A stretch of DNA of 63,785 bases, filler included, from Octopus bimaculoides (GCF_001194135.2; 6 parts of 6 records of this genome joined end to end with filler, not necessarily neighbours in it), one strand, 5' to 3'; shown: positions 50,362 to 62,873, counted from the first letter of the whole stretch. Program-made: numbers and translations. Notes: a model not told the origin generated them from the sequence alone.

Positions 50362-53300
50362 TTATGATACTTCTACAATTGAAGATAATTTTAGAATTTA
50401 TGTATTATGGTATTTGATACTTGTCTTTTGTCTACGTTGTTCAGAGGTGGTTTCCAGCAGTAACACCACCAACGACAGCAGTAACAACCGTACGAATAAA
50501 TAAAATGGAAATATGTCGACGGAGCAGGATTCTTCTTCAAGACCAGAGTTAGTAACTGCAAGTCACCTCTTACAATCTCAGTGTTGTGATGAGAGTCAAG
50601 ATACCCTCTTGTAAGGAATGAACTGAACCGAGAGAGTATATGGTTGGTTCGTAGAGATTTGTGTTATTTCCCAGCGAAGTTGGACGGCGTTAATTTTTGT
50701 GGCAGTGTGTTGCTCTTTTGGTTGAAATTTTTACGATTCCGTTGAAGTAAGTGTGATACTTTGTTGTTAAAGGTCTCCCCTCGTATGTGTGCCACGTTTG
50801 CTCCCTGTTGAAATTACTGTTGTTACAAACGAGTGTTTGTTGAATTGTTGTTTTTTCTTCCCATTTATAGGAAAACCGACGAAAGTAAGTGCTATGAAAA
50901 CTGAACGTTCGAAGAGCAACAGTTATGCGGCTGCAACTGGCAAAGGAATTGAAGTAGAAGCTTTGGAGTTTCGAGAAGTAAAAATTGAGCCGAAAAGCTG
51001 AAAGAGTGCGGTAAGCTTCTAGAAAAGGAAGGCCACAACCTTAAATTAACGCCCCCCGCTCGAGTTAACAAATAGAGGGAAGAAACGAACAGTGATTTAC
51101 AAAACACTGAAAGTATCGACAAAGAAAATTGAAATTGCATCCATAGAGGAGGTAGTGAAGTATTTAAAAGAGGTTAAAAAGGCTACTACGTTCATAACAA
51201 GCGGAAGAAGATATGGCACAGTGGAGGTGCGATTCGCAAGCGAAGATGAAGCCATAAAGAACTCCACTGATGCCATTAAGACAGAAAAGTGGGTTCTCCT
51301 ACCGACATACTGTGGCAAGCGAGTTGTCAGAGTAAGGGTGGGAAAAGTACCACCAGAATGAAACGAAACAGGGCTGGTTGCTGCAATAATGTACAATATG
51401 GAAGAGGATGCCAAGATCTTGAGAGTGACAAGGACGAAAAGAGTCAATTGATGGGGTTACGGAATTGAGATGGTAGTTCAGACAACTGTCAGTGATATGA
51501 ACATAATTCCAGAAGAAATTATACTACCTGAAGATGTGAGATTAAGCGTGGTGGTGGAGGGTAGACCTCCCATATGCTACTTGTGTAGCGAGAAAGGCCA
51601 CATGAAGGCGAGGTACCCCCAGAGAGAAGAAAAAGAGCAACAAATAGAACAGTCTGAGGAGCAGGAGAGAGTGAATGATGTGGTACAGGAGGAGGTAAAG
51701 GAGACAACAGAAATATAGGAGGGATTTTAAATGGTAAAAAAAGAAAGAGGAAGGGCTCTACGCCGGAGAGGCAGAAAAAGAAAAAAAGAAGCAGGTAAGG
51801 AGATTGAGGAAGAAGTAAAGGGGGTTAAAAAGGAGATCGAGAAGGAGGTAGAAGAAGAGGTTGAGAAGGAGGTTATGGAGGAGGAAGAGACAGAAACAAG
51901 CATACTAGAAGGTGTTTTAACCAATGAAGTAGAACAGCAACGAGAAGAAACAGCGACACTAACCGTAATGGAAGAAGTGGCACCAAGAACGGAACACGGC
52001 AAACAAGCAGGAAGGCGGAGAAAATGTAATTGGAATTTTGTGATATATGCCAAAAATGTAAATACGAAAAAAATGATAACTAGACTGAAATAAATTATAA
52101 GGGTTAAATTACCCAAGATGTACGGTGAAAATGTGAAAGCAACTTTAATCGACAAGGAAAAATGTAATGTTGAACCACCAGGATTCGTGGTGGAGTTCGA
52201 TGAACTACCGCCAGTAGTAGAACTAAGTGAAATAGAGCCATATATAAGATATTAAAAAAAGAGAGTAAATTGTTTTTTAAAAAAAAGGAAAAAAAAAAAG
52301 AGTAAACAAAATGATACCAATTGGAAAAAACACTGAAGAAGAAAAAGATTATATACTGAAAGTAAGAACGTTCAAATGGTACTGCATGTGAGTGGGGCGC
52401 ATGCAGCCATTTCATAATCATCGATTTCATTGTACATTTTCCCATTTTCATTCGTTTTATGTTTTTTTGTCCCCACTATGGTGTTCTGTCTGTCCTTGTG
52501 GTGTCCCCTCTGTGTCATGGCCGAGGTGCCAAATAAAAAGAATTACACAGTGAAGTTGGAAAATGTCGGTTGGTTTGTTTATTTGGATTATTTATTGTTG
52601 GTTCGTGAGAGATTGTTGGATTGTTAGGTTCTTATCGCTGCTGCATTGTTATTTTATTACTGTACCACACTGATACCGTGTATCGTAGGCCATTTTCCCA
52701 ACAGTGGGGGTACTACTATATTGGATACAAACCAAGTCGCAGTATCTGACGACGTGGAGTTCGAAGCTGACGTAGGTTGTATTTCACCTGTAAACCAAGC
52801 ATTAACCTGTTTTCAATCCTTTCTTACAAGATTGTCAGCCTTATGAAATTTCTTCCTTGCCCATGTTTTTTTTTTCTTCTGCAGCCATCAACATGATATT
52901 ATTCAAGATCAACTGTACCAATCTTACCAGTTTTGTGTAGCCTGCAAATACTATAGGCACAGTTCATGCCTTTCGTCTCAGAAGGAATGCAAAGGCCAAG
53001 GATACAGCCCCTTCGTCCAGTCAAATTGTTCAAATAAAACAAAGAAAAAACTTAAAAAACAGCAGCCTCTGCTATTCCTGTGAATTAATAAGCTGTATAC
53101 TATATCAAACTGAGCCCACGTCATCATCTTTAACATGTCTCACAGCTCAAACCTTATACTAAATATTTTATCCAATTTATTTCTCTCTAGAATGGCAACC
53201 TCTACAAGGTGTGTTGACACTGCTAACACTTTCATGACTAATTTCTGATAGGCAATCTGTTTCAATTAATATTTAGTGCAATCTTTAGTGCATTCAGTAT

Positions 53301-53937
53301 ACGTGGCCATTTACACTTTAGCATGCTATCTAACCCTAATTCTAAGTCATATCTCTAACCCCAACCTAATCCATAACGAAGCATGTATACGATGTAAACA
53401 AAAGTGAAAACAATACAAACGGATAAAGATTAAATCAATTTTAATGCAGAATATTAAACTTTGAAATGCACTGTAAGATTTCATGGCAGTACATACACAA
53501 TCCGGGAAGAGATGCATGTAAAAAAATAACCAGGCAGGTGTAACGCATACAAATTAACGCAGATAAGTAAACAAAAGTTGATGGAAATAAATCAGAGGCA
53601 AGTAAATAAAGATAAAATAGAAAATAATCACAAGTAGTAAATAAAAATATCCAAATGCATTTAGTAGAAATGACCCGGAAATCGTTGCTCTTCCGCAAAC
53701 AGCAGTACATATCTTCATTGATTGGTTAAAATTACCCAAATACGACAACTTTAACACGAAATAACTTCTAAAATACGAAATTTTGTCAGAAACGTTCAGA
53801 GTAAACTGTGTTCTACGTGAGAAATTCCGCCAGTATTCGAAGTTTCAAACTGTTTAGTTAAAAAAAATTAGTTAAAAAATCTGTGATTGAAATGAAATAG
53901 ATCCCAAAATGTCAATTGAATAGAGTGTATAGAAATT
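50362..53937 (-). repeat. Arm 2 of inverted duplication (interrupted by 1.86-kb insertion)
   Basis: See arm 1. It lacks ~260 bp present at ~46345-46605 and a ~23-bp segment near 47500. Confidence 0.93.
50685..52547 (+). mobile_element. ORF1-only (HAL1-like) L1/Tx1-derived retroposon with 13-bp TSD
   Basis: TSD cagcgaagttgga (50672-50684) and cagtgaagttgga (52548-52560). A single empty site lies at 47255-47267. The decayed ORF1 has TVEVRF..LLPTYCGKR and the knuckle CYLCSEKGH. AATAAA at 52532. No APE or RT motifs were found. Confidence 0.85.
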
Positions 53938-54665
53938 AGGAAGTCAACTTCTGTAGAATGTGTTGTTGAGTCAATGTTAAAAAATAAACAAAAACAACTA
54001 AAAGCAAAAACAAAGAAAAACTGAAACAAATAAACAAACAAAAAGTCAAACATCCAATTTAATGAGGACAGGTGCAAGAATTTCTTCACTACTTCTTACC
54101 GAATATATAAAACTTATACACCATTGACAAAATAATAAGAGCAAAAAGAGAAAAAAAGTATCGTCCATACGTGGTATGGCTTGACGTTGTTGTTGTTGCC
54201 AGGATGTGTTTATCTGTAAATACATGAGAAATCAGTTTTATGGGTTAAAAGGGAGAGAAAGTGAAAGACAAATGGATGGTGAGGAGAGAGAAGTGGAAAG
54301 ACTATCTGAAAGGTCTGTCATTTATACAAGGGTAGGTAGACTATCATGTGGGTCTATTAGATAGATACCAACTTGTCCACTTTGTACTAACACTGAATCA
54401 AGCAGAACATAGTTACAGAGAGGAAGAGATATCGGTGGTGGTGATAATGGAAGTGGTGGGAATTTCAATTAAAGAAGAATTAGCAGTGGTTTGGTAATCT
54501 AGGGACGACATCAAAGGAACAATTAGATGAGTTTTAAAATACAAAATTTAGTCTTTAAATATTTTCTTTTTCCATTTCATAGAAACCCTTTCATTTCGTT
54601 CCGAACTGGCAAAGCTTAAATATTTCGGTGTGTGGTAGAAAAGAATCCTAACACTAACACGCGCG

Positions 54666-54700
<35 letters not shown>

Positions 54701-54784
54701 GCAGCACCACATACCCAACTGTGCGTATGCGGATTCTTATCTACGAGATGGTCAAAACCTGAGGTTTTGAGAAATGAAAAGATT

Positions 54785-54930
54785 ACCATTAGGCGTAGTT
54801 GTGTGGTAAGGAATTTGCTTCTCAACCACATAGTTCCGGGTTCAGTCCCACCGTGTGGCAACTTGAGTAAGTGTCTTCTGTTGTAGCCTTATGAACAGAT
54901 TTCGCAGACGAAAACTGAAAGAAGCACGTC

Positions 54931-54960
<30 letters not shown>
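54785..54960 (+). mobile_element. SINE family B 5' half
   Basis: ggcgtagttgtgtggtaag...gggttcagtccc...actgaaagaagcacgtcgtatata is the rc of the head of the 31140 copy. Confidence 0.8.
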
Positions 54961-54961
<1 letters not shown>

Positions 54962-55939
54962 TATATAGTTTTGGGGAAAAGAACCAAGTTTCATGAACTC
55001 ATCGATGAAAATCCACTATCACATATAGAAAAATTAATAATTAAAAGCACAATAAATGAGTATAATATAATACAAAGTAAATATCATAAGATAAAGATAA
55101 TTACCTGTANNNNNNNNNNNNNNNNNNNNNNNNNNNNNNNNNNNNNNNNNNNNTTAATTAATTAANNNNNNNNNNNNNNNNNNNNNNNNNNNNNNNNNNN
55201 NNNNNNNNNAACTTTTTTAAACACTTAAATGTATTTTATGCTTAAACATATCTATAATGATTGTTGGCAATCTTTATTTAAAACCAAAGATCTTTGGTTT
55301 TAAATAAAGATCGCCTGTTTAAAAGATTAAAAAAAAATTATTTGCAAAAATAACTGAGATGTTGTCATTTTAAATGAGAGAGTGAGAGAGAGAGAAAGAG
55401 AGGGAGACTTTTACCAAGTATCAGCAGAGAGGAAAATGTAAATCACAGGATGCTATTTTTAAAAGTATTGCTGTCATTCAGTGCAAAATTTCCGCAAAGC
55501 CACCCAGCTGAAGATAGCGCATACTAGGAAACTGAGACTCGATTTTAAGTTTATCTGCACAATATCATTTGGAGATGAGCCATTATCAGAATGACCGATC
55601 AATAAATGGAAATAATAAACCAAAAACAGATAAAAACAATGTAATAAAAGTCATTTTAAAATTTTAAGTCATTATATAACTGACTCAATAGCGCTAAACA
55701 TAATTCAACGATTTACTGTGGTCAAAATAAAATACTGAAATCAATTAATCTAAATAATTCGTAGTGAAAGAAGCAGAATAACAAAAACCCAAATCTGACA
55801 ATATTAACGAAGTTTCGTTTTGGAGTTTTAATAAAACGATTGATAAGGAGACAAAAAATCATAAATATTATTCTCCACTCAGAAATTTGTATTTAAAAAA
55901 AAGGAAAGAAAAAGAGTCTGTAGGAGACAGAGATAGGGC

Positions 55940-56600
55940 TGTGATAGACCCCTCGACTCCACAGGTCTTCACGGTCTGACTTGCCGCCTAAATTGCTGGT
56001 CGCTTCGCTCGTCACACAGAGCTAAACCTAATCATTGAGCGCCCTGGCTCGGATTAATATCCCCCCAGTTCTGGAGCCGTTGGGGTTATCCAGAAGTGAT
56101 GGAAAGAGACCAGATGGTCGTACCCTCTGTCTCTCGGTTAGAGTTAGGTGCGTCATTTGGGACGTCACAGTCTGCGACTCCTTCGCTACCTCCCACATCC
56201 TGGATGTTAATGGGAGGGTCATTGCTTCCGTAGCCGAACGGAAGAAAACCCTGAAGTATCGGGACCTTTTCCAACCTGTGGCGTTTGGGACGTTCGGAGG
56301 GACTGGGCCACTAACCGTGAAGTTCTTGACAACGTTGGCAGCTCGCCTCACCAAGGTGTCAGGTGATGCCCGTGAGGGCGCTTGGCTTTCCGAACGCCTC
56401 AACCTCGCCCGTGGTAATGCGGCGAGCGTGCTGGCTTGTTTCAGTAGGTTCCGTTAAACCTTGTGGTGTGCGACCAGTTGCTGTGATGATTTCTCTTTCA
56501 TTCTTATCTGGTTTGTTTACAAACACGCTTCGACGTTTGTTGATTTACCAATGTGTGCGTGTTGATAGCTGTGTTAGTGTTACTTGATTTGAGACTGTTA
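55940..56600 (+). mobile_element. CRE-clade non-LTR retrotransposon 3' end (zinc knuckle remnant plus RLE endonuclease)
   Basis: GLHGLTC / GRFARHTELN / GKRPDG..WDVTVCDS..AERKKTLKY..PVAFGTFG..RGNAASVL. Confidence 0.85.
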
Positions 56601-57930
56601 TAACGTGTATTAAGAGTAAGAGCATTTACTTTCGGTATGAACATAGATGTAGGCGCAATGTGATTATGCAACTACAAAGACACTGTTATTAACAACAGTC
56701 CAAAATCCATAAACTAATTAATAACTTAGTTAACAAGTTATTAATTAGACAAATGTAGATAAGAATAATAAATAAAAATATTGGACGTTAGATGGAAGAT
56801 GTCAGATGCGACAAAATTCTTTTTAAAGCAACATTAAATAAAGCAAGCGATGGATCGCCTCTTTATTACCATTTTTTTTTCATTGGTCCTTATGAGATGA
56901 TGAAATTTAAACTAGTGTATAATTGCTTTCTGACTATACCGTAAGTCTTTTTATCTATAATATAAATTGAAGTTGGCCGACTGTTGTATTCTTTCTTATT
57001 ATATATAATTTTTTATGAAAACTTGTGGGACAAAAAGAAATGGGAAACACATTTGCTAGGTAAATAACCAGTTAACTTTCGGTGGTAAAATAATTAGCCT
57101 TTGATCTACTTGAAAATATTACATAATTAGTTATATATATATATAAACAATATATGAGTATATAGGTATACAAAAAGAAATAAAACCCAGTAAACATTGA
57201 CGGTTTTTAAAAAATATTTGGCATTCTTTCGAAGCATCCATATATTTTATAGTATGCAACGTGGTTGAATAGTTTTCCAGGTTCAATCACAGATGTCATT
57301 CACAATTACCACGGGTCAGCCAACACTTCGTGAGTGAAAATTGTAAAACCCGTCGGAAGGATTGTAATGGAAATTCAAGAATCTAGTCACGCTGGTCCTG
57401 TCTGAGGATTACGTAAAGGGTACACGTACATGTGGAATATTCGGTCACTCACGCTACTGAATACACATCCACAAAAACAAAAAAATCCTTTTTCATCAAT
57501 TTTTTTTTCATGCGGGGTAAAAACAAAGAAGCGCCAACAATGATTATTTGTAAATTAATGAGTCAACAGGTACAAATAAATTTCAAACAAAAGATTATAA
57601 CTTGTTGCTAATAATAATTTCTTTATACTTGACACAAGGCCGGCTTTCGAGAATGAATTATACTCGTCTTAGAACGAGTATCAAAAGTACGTTTATAATC
57701 AGTACTGTATAAACATTTACCGATTTGAACTCAGAAACATCATGTACGAAACAAAAAAAAAACTAGACGCAGTCTCACTTTGCCGGTTCACTATCACAAT
57801 GACAATAATCAAACCGACCGAGTATTATATGGGATAAGAAAGCAATAAATGTCTTTATTTTTTATTACATGACGAAAAATCGTGTGGGCAGTTGAAAAGA
57901 ACAATGAAAGGTTACATGCTACTTTTAATG

Positions 57931-57961
<31 letters not shown>

Positions 57962-58061
57962 NNNNNNNNNNNNNNNNNNNNNNNNNNNNNNNNNNNNNNN
58001 NNNNNTTAATTAATTAANNNNNNNNNNNNNNNNNNNNNNNNNNNNNNNNNNNNNNNNNNNN

Positions 58062-58400
58062 CTCTGCTCCTCCCTCCTCCGTTTTCTCTACCCCTTCCCA
58101 TGTTCTATCCCTGTTTTCTCCTGCTCTTCTTTAGTCTCTGCTCTCCCACGCTCTCTGCTCTCCCATGCTCCTTGCTCTCCCACGTTCTCCGCCCTCCCAC
58201 GCTCTCTGCCCTCCTTACTCTCCCACGCTCTCTGCCCTCCTTGCTCTCCCGCGCTCTCTGCTCTCCCATGCTCCCCTCTCTTCCTCGCTCTTCTTTCTTA
58301 TTCCCATATTCTGGTTAACCCTCCTCCTCTCTTGCCCTCACTCACTCATCTTTTCCCTCTCTGTTTCTCTCTCTAACCTCACTCCCCTTAATTTCAGAAC
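58062..58400. repeat. Pyrimidine-rich minisatellite (ctctcccacgctctctgc-like units)
   Basis: Direct reading. Confidence 0.85.
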
Positions 58401-58619
58401 CAGTTCCAGAAGGACGATTGCTCAGACGATCCAATGCTGACCGTTCTAGACGGCTTGCGTCTACAGCATCCCCACCCAAAAGTTCAGGTAACGTACCCTG
58501 CCTTCTCTTGTGGGTGGAACGGTGTGGCAGAGTGAGGATGGGTGGGCATTCAAGTGCTGACTGTTCTGGGAACCTCGAAATGCAGTTGTCTTAGGTGTAC
58601 TCAATTCTTGGAGTGGAGT

Positions 58620-58705
58620 AGAGGGCTTTGAGTGTGTTGTGTTCCTGAGCAAAACACTTCACTTCATGTTACTCCAGTCCACTCGGCTGACAAAAATAAG
58701 TAAAC
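58620..58705 (+). mobile_element. SINE central-domain fragment (CORE-like)
   Basis: gtgttcctgagcaaaacacttcacttcatgttactccagtccactcggctg resembles conserved SINE core domains (from recall). Confidence 0.45.
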
Positions 58706-58708
58706 AGT

Positions 58709-59055
58709 ATGGAGCACCACCTATAGTCGAGCAAATCGACCCCACGACTTATGCTTTGTAAGCCTAGTACTTATTCTATCAGTCTCTTTTTGCCGAACCG
58801 CTAAGTTACGGGGACGTAAACACACCAGCATCGGTTGTCAAGCGATGTTGGGGGGACAAACACAGACACACATACATATATATATAGAGAGAGACAGACA
58901 TATATACGACGGGCTTCTTTCAGTTTCCGTCTACCAAATCCACTCACAAGGCTTTGGTCGGCCCGAGGCTATAGTAGAAGACACTTGCCCAAGGTGCCAC
59001 GCATTGGGATTGAACCTGGAACCATGTGGTTGGTAAGCAAGCTACTTACCACACA
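58709..59055 (-). mobile_element. SINE family B
   Basis: Near-identical to 31190-31547. Confidence 0.9.
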
Positions 59056-59343
59056 GCAATTCCTACGCCTTTTTCACACAGCCACTCCTGCACCATGCTT
59101 ATATATATTTATACATACATAGACATAAAACATGAACCTGATGTAGTTAAGTATGTATGTATGTGTGTGTGAGTGTAGTGGTGTTGGAGTGCATGCTATT
59201 GTAGTGTAAGACGTAGTAATTCTTTTCCTCTCTGGTAGGCATGTGCAATGTAATGGTTTGTAATTACATGTGGATAATGACGAATGAAACGATGATGCAG
59301 TGGCGTTCATGCTGTTTTAATGGCTTCTTTATTATTCCTGCAG

Positions 59344-59708
59344 GTACGAAGAAAGACAGCTCTGTCAACAGTGCCGCCGAGGTGAATACAACCAGTCAAG
59401 CCAACAACAGCAGCTCTCCGGTAAGGCGGGTGGTCGCAGATAGGCGACGCACGAGCAGTCGGACAGCGAGCTACGCGGCAGCAGCAGCCGCCGCCGCTGC
59501 TACCGCTGCCGCTGTCGCTGCTGCCTTGAAAGCAACCAACACTGCGAGTACAACTACTACCACCACTACTACAACCGCCACTACTGCTGCAACACAGCCG
59601 GATGGTGCCCCGCAACCCGAGCGCAAGAAAACGAGGGGTTGGCCGAAAGGGGTGAAACGTGGGCCGTTGGCGAGAAGACACGGCAAACGACGGGGTCGAC
59701 CAACGAAG
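59344..59708 (+). CDS. Internal exon of a low-complexity nuclear protein with AT-hook-like motifs, phase 1-0
   Basis: Acceptor ttattattcctgcag and donor AAG|GTTTGT. GC-rich open frame with poly-A and poly-T runs, then RKKTRGWPKGVKRG and KRRGRPTK. Confidence 0.8.
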
Positions 59709-60579
59709 GTTTGTTTATTTTATAGTGTTTTTGTTGTTGTTGTTGATGTTGTAGTACCTGAATTTGTCCTGTCTGAGCAGTAGATGCTTTCTGTTTAACC
59801 CNNNNNNNNNNNNNNNNNNNNNNNNNNNNNNNNNNNNNNNNNNNNNNNNNNNNNNNNNNNNNNNNNNNNNNNNNNNNNNNNNNNNNNNNNNNNNNNNNNN
59901 NNNNNNNNNNNNNNNNNNNNNNNNNNNNNNNNNNNNNNNNNNNNNNNNNNNNNNNNNNNNNNNNNNNNNNNNNNNNNNNNNNNNNNNNNNNNNNNNNNNN
60001 NNNNNNNNNNNNNNNNNNNNNNNNNNNNNNNNNNNNNNNNNNNNNNNNNNNNNNNNNNNNNNNNNNNNNNNNNNNNNNNNNNNNNNNNNNNNNNNNNNNN
60101 NNNNNNNNNNNNNNNNNNNNNNNNNNNNNNNNNNNNNNNNNNNNNNNNNNNNNNNNNNNNNNNNNNNNNNNNNNNNNNNNNNNNNNNNNNNNNNNNNNNN
60201 NNNNNNNNNNNNNNNNNNNNNNNNNNNNNNNNNNNNNNNNNNNNNNNNNNNNNNNNNNNNNNNNNNNNNNNNNNNNNNNNNNNNNNNNNNNNNNNNNNNN
60301 NNNNNNNNNNNNNNNNNNNNNNNNNNNNNNNNNNNNNNNNNNNNNNNNNNNNNNNNNNNNNNNNNNNNNNNNNNNNNNNNNNNNNNNNNNNNNNNNNNNN
60401 NNNNNNNNNNNNNNNNNNNNNNNNNNNNNNNNNNNNNNNNNNNNNNNNNNNNNNNACGTGGTTTGTAAGCAAGCTACTTACCACACAGCCACCCCTGCAC
60501 CTAACTTGTGAAAGCACCCTAAACCAAAACCATACATCCCTATTCCAAACAGCAACTTAATGATGACCCCTATGCACAG

Positions 60580-60722
60580 CCATTACTTATTTTATCGACC
60601 TTTAAACGGATGAAAGGCAAAGTCAACCTTGGTGGAATTTGAACTCAGAATGTAAAGATTGACAAAATGTTGCTATGTATTTTGCCTGGCGTGCTAACAG
60701 TTTAACCATTTCTCCACCTTGC
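60580..60722 (-). mobile_element. SINE family A
   Basis: ttattttatcgacc...ggatgaaaggcaaagtcaacc...gaatttgaactcagaatgtaaag. Confidence 0.85.
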
Positions 60723-60864
60723 ACCAGCTTTAATAATGGCAGCTATTTTCCTAAAGTCTTCATTATTTTCCAAATAAATTGAAACAAAAGGCAAGGTTTT
60801 TCTACGGAATTGTGGTAACAAAAGGGTTAAAGTGATCTAGATCTGGAAATCGTAGTTGTGATAT

Positions 60865-61112
60865 GCACCCGTGCTGGTGGCACACAGTAAATGCCATTCA
60901 AGCTTGGGTCGATGCCAGTGCCGCCTGACTGGCTCCTTGTGTTGGTGGCTTGTAAAGAGCACCATCCGAATGATGAGGTCGATGCCAGTGCCGCCTGACT
61001 GGCTCCTTGTGTTGGTGGCTTGTAAAAAGCACCATCCGAATGAGGTCGGTGCCAGTGCCGCCTGACTGGCTCCTTGTGTTGGTGGCTTGTAAAAAGCACC
61101 ATCCGAATGAGG
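60865..61112 (+). repeat. 67-70-bp tandem array (3+ units, runs into gap), related to RTE 3' UTR
   Basis: Units start at 60907, 60977 and 61044. The preceding gcacccgtgctggtg is shared with ~49888-49902. Confidence 0.85.
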
Positions 61113-61212
61113 NNNNNNNNNNNNNNNNNNNNNNNNNNNNNNNNNNNNNNNNNNNNTTAATTAATTAANNNNNNNNNNNNNNNNNNNNNNNNNNNNNNNN
61201 NNNNNNNNNNNN

Positions 61213-61520
61213 CGATCAACTCCACTACCACCATCACCACCACTACCACCATCACCACCACTACCACCATCACCACCACCACCGCCATTACGACGACGAA
61301 GACGATCAACTCCACTACCACCATCACCACCACTACCACCATCACCAGCACTACCACCACCACCACCACTACCACCACCGTCATTACAACGATGAAGACG
61401 ACCAACTCCACTACCACCATCACCACCACTACCACCACCGCCATTACAACGACGAAGACGATCGACTCCACCACCACCACCACCACCACCACCACCACCA
61501 TCACCACTACCTCCACCACC
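61213..61520. repeat. Higher-order (CAC/TAC)-based repeat with recurring acgaagacgatcaactcc spacer
   Basis: Direct reading. Confidence 0.85.
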
Positions 61521-61964
61521 ATTATTAAAAATATCCTCCAACAACTCCAAGAACAGCACCGCTATTCTACATTATCGTCTATTGTGGCTGCGTGATAAAA
61601 TTAGACAGCCAGAAAGAACGCACCATTATTGAGCTTGACAATGGCATTAGCAAATTTCATAGCAGGTTGTTCAATAAAGGTTATCGATCCGAGGATCAAA
61701 GTAGCAAGATTAGGAATTTGTTGTGGAAATCAGTATTACAACTTTGTGGTGTCCATAACTATAATGTATGACCAGGCAATCTATGAAAACACACTTTAAA
61801 TAAGATTATATCTACAGCCATCTTTCGTAGTAAGCATCGACGTCGTCATAGTGATCGATCGTCGTCACTCTCGCCGTCGTCTTCATCGTCATCGTTACTG
61901 GTGTCGGGATTGTCGTTGTCCTTATTGACATCATCATCATCATCATCAGTGCAGACATCTTCCT

Positions 61965-62298
61965 CTTCTTCTTCTCTTTCTTCTTCTCTTTCTTCTTTCT
62001 TCTCCTTCCGCCTCTCCCCTACTCCTCCTCCTCTTCCTTCCGCGTCGTCTTCTTCCGCGTCTTCTTCTTCCGCGTCTTCTTCTTCCGCGTCTTCTTCTTC
62101 CGCTCCTCCTCCTCCTCCTCCTCCTCTTCCTCCTCTTCTGCCTCCTCCTCCTCTTCATCGGCCTCCTCTTCCTTCCGCTTCTTCTTCTTCCGCTTCTTCT
62201 TCTTCCGCTTCTCCCTCTCCCCCTCCCCCTTCCTCCTGCTTCTCCTCCTCGTCGTTGTCCTTCTCCTCTCGCTTCTTCTTCTTCTTCTTCTTCTTCTT
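61965..62298. repeat. (TCT)/(CCT) degenerate trinucleotide tract
   Basis: Direct reading. Confidence 0.9.
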
Positions 62299-62811
62299 NN
62301 NNNNNNNNNNNNNNNNNNNNNNNNNNNNNNNNNNNNNNNNNNNNNNNNNNNNNNNNNNNNNNNNNNNNNNNNNNNNNNNNNNNNNNNNNNNNNNNNNNNN
62401 NNNNNNNNNNNNNNNNNNNNNNNNNNNNNNNNNNNNNNNNNNNNNNNNNNNNNNNNNNNNNNNNNNNNNNNNNNNNNNNNNNNNNNNNNNNNNNNNNNNN
62501 NNNNNNNNNNNNNNNNNNNNNNNNNNNNNNNNNNNNNNNNNNNNNNNNNNNNNNNNNNNNNNNNNNNNNNNNNNNNNNNNNNNNNNNNNNNNNNNNNNNN
62601 NNNNNNNNNNNNNNNNNNNNNNNNNNNNNNNNNNNNNNNNNNNNNNNNNNNNNNNNNNNNNNNNNNNNNNNNNNNNNNNNNNNNNNNNNNNNNNNNNNNN
62701 NNNNNNNNNNNNNNNNNNNNNNNNNNNNNNNNNNNNNNNNNNNNNNNNNNNNNNNNNNNNNNNNNNNNNNNCATCATCATCATCATCATTATTATTATTA
62801 TTATTATTATT

Positions 62812-62866
<55 letters not shown>

Positions 62867-62873
<7 letters not shown>

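Noticed and set aside
54340-54420. TCPLC...EH zinc-knuckle-like string
   Set aside because: The frame is broken and no adjacent LINE motifs are present.
60907-61112. CRISPR-like array
   Set aside because: The units are contiguous near-identical repeats without unique spacers, in a eukaryotic context.
12952-61168. Five identical TTAATTAATTAA 12-mers that look like a conserved motif
   Set aside because: Each is centred in an N gap; it is a scaffolding spacer, not biology.
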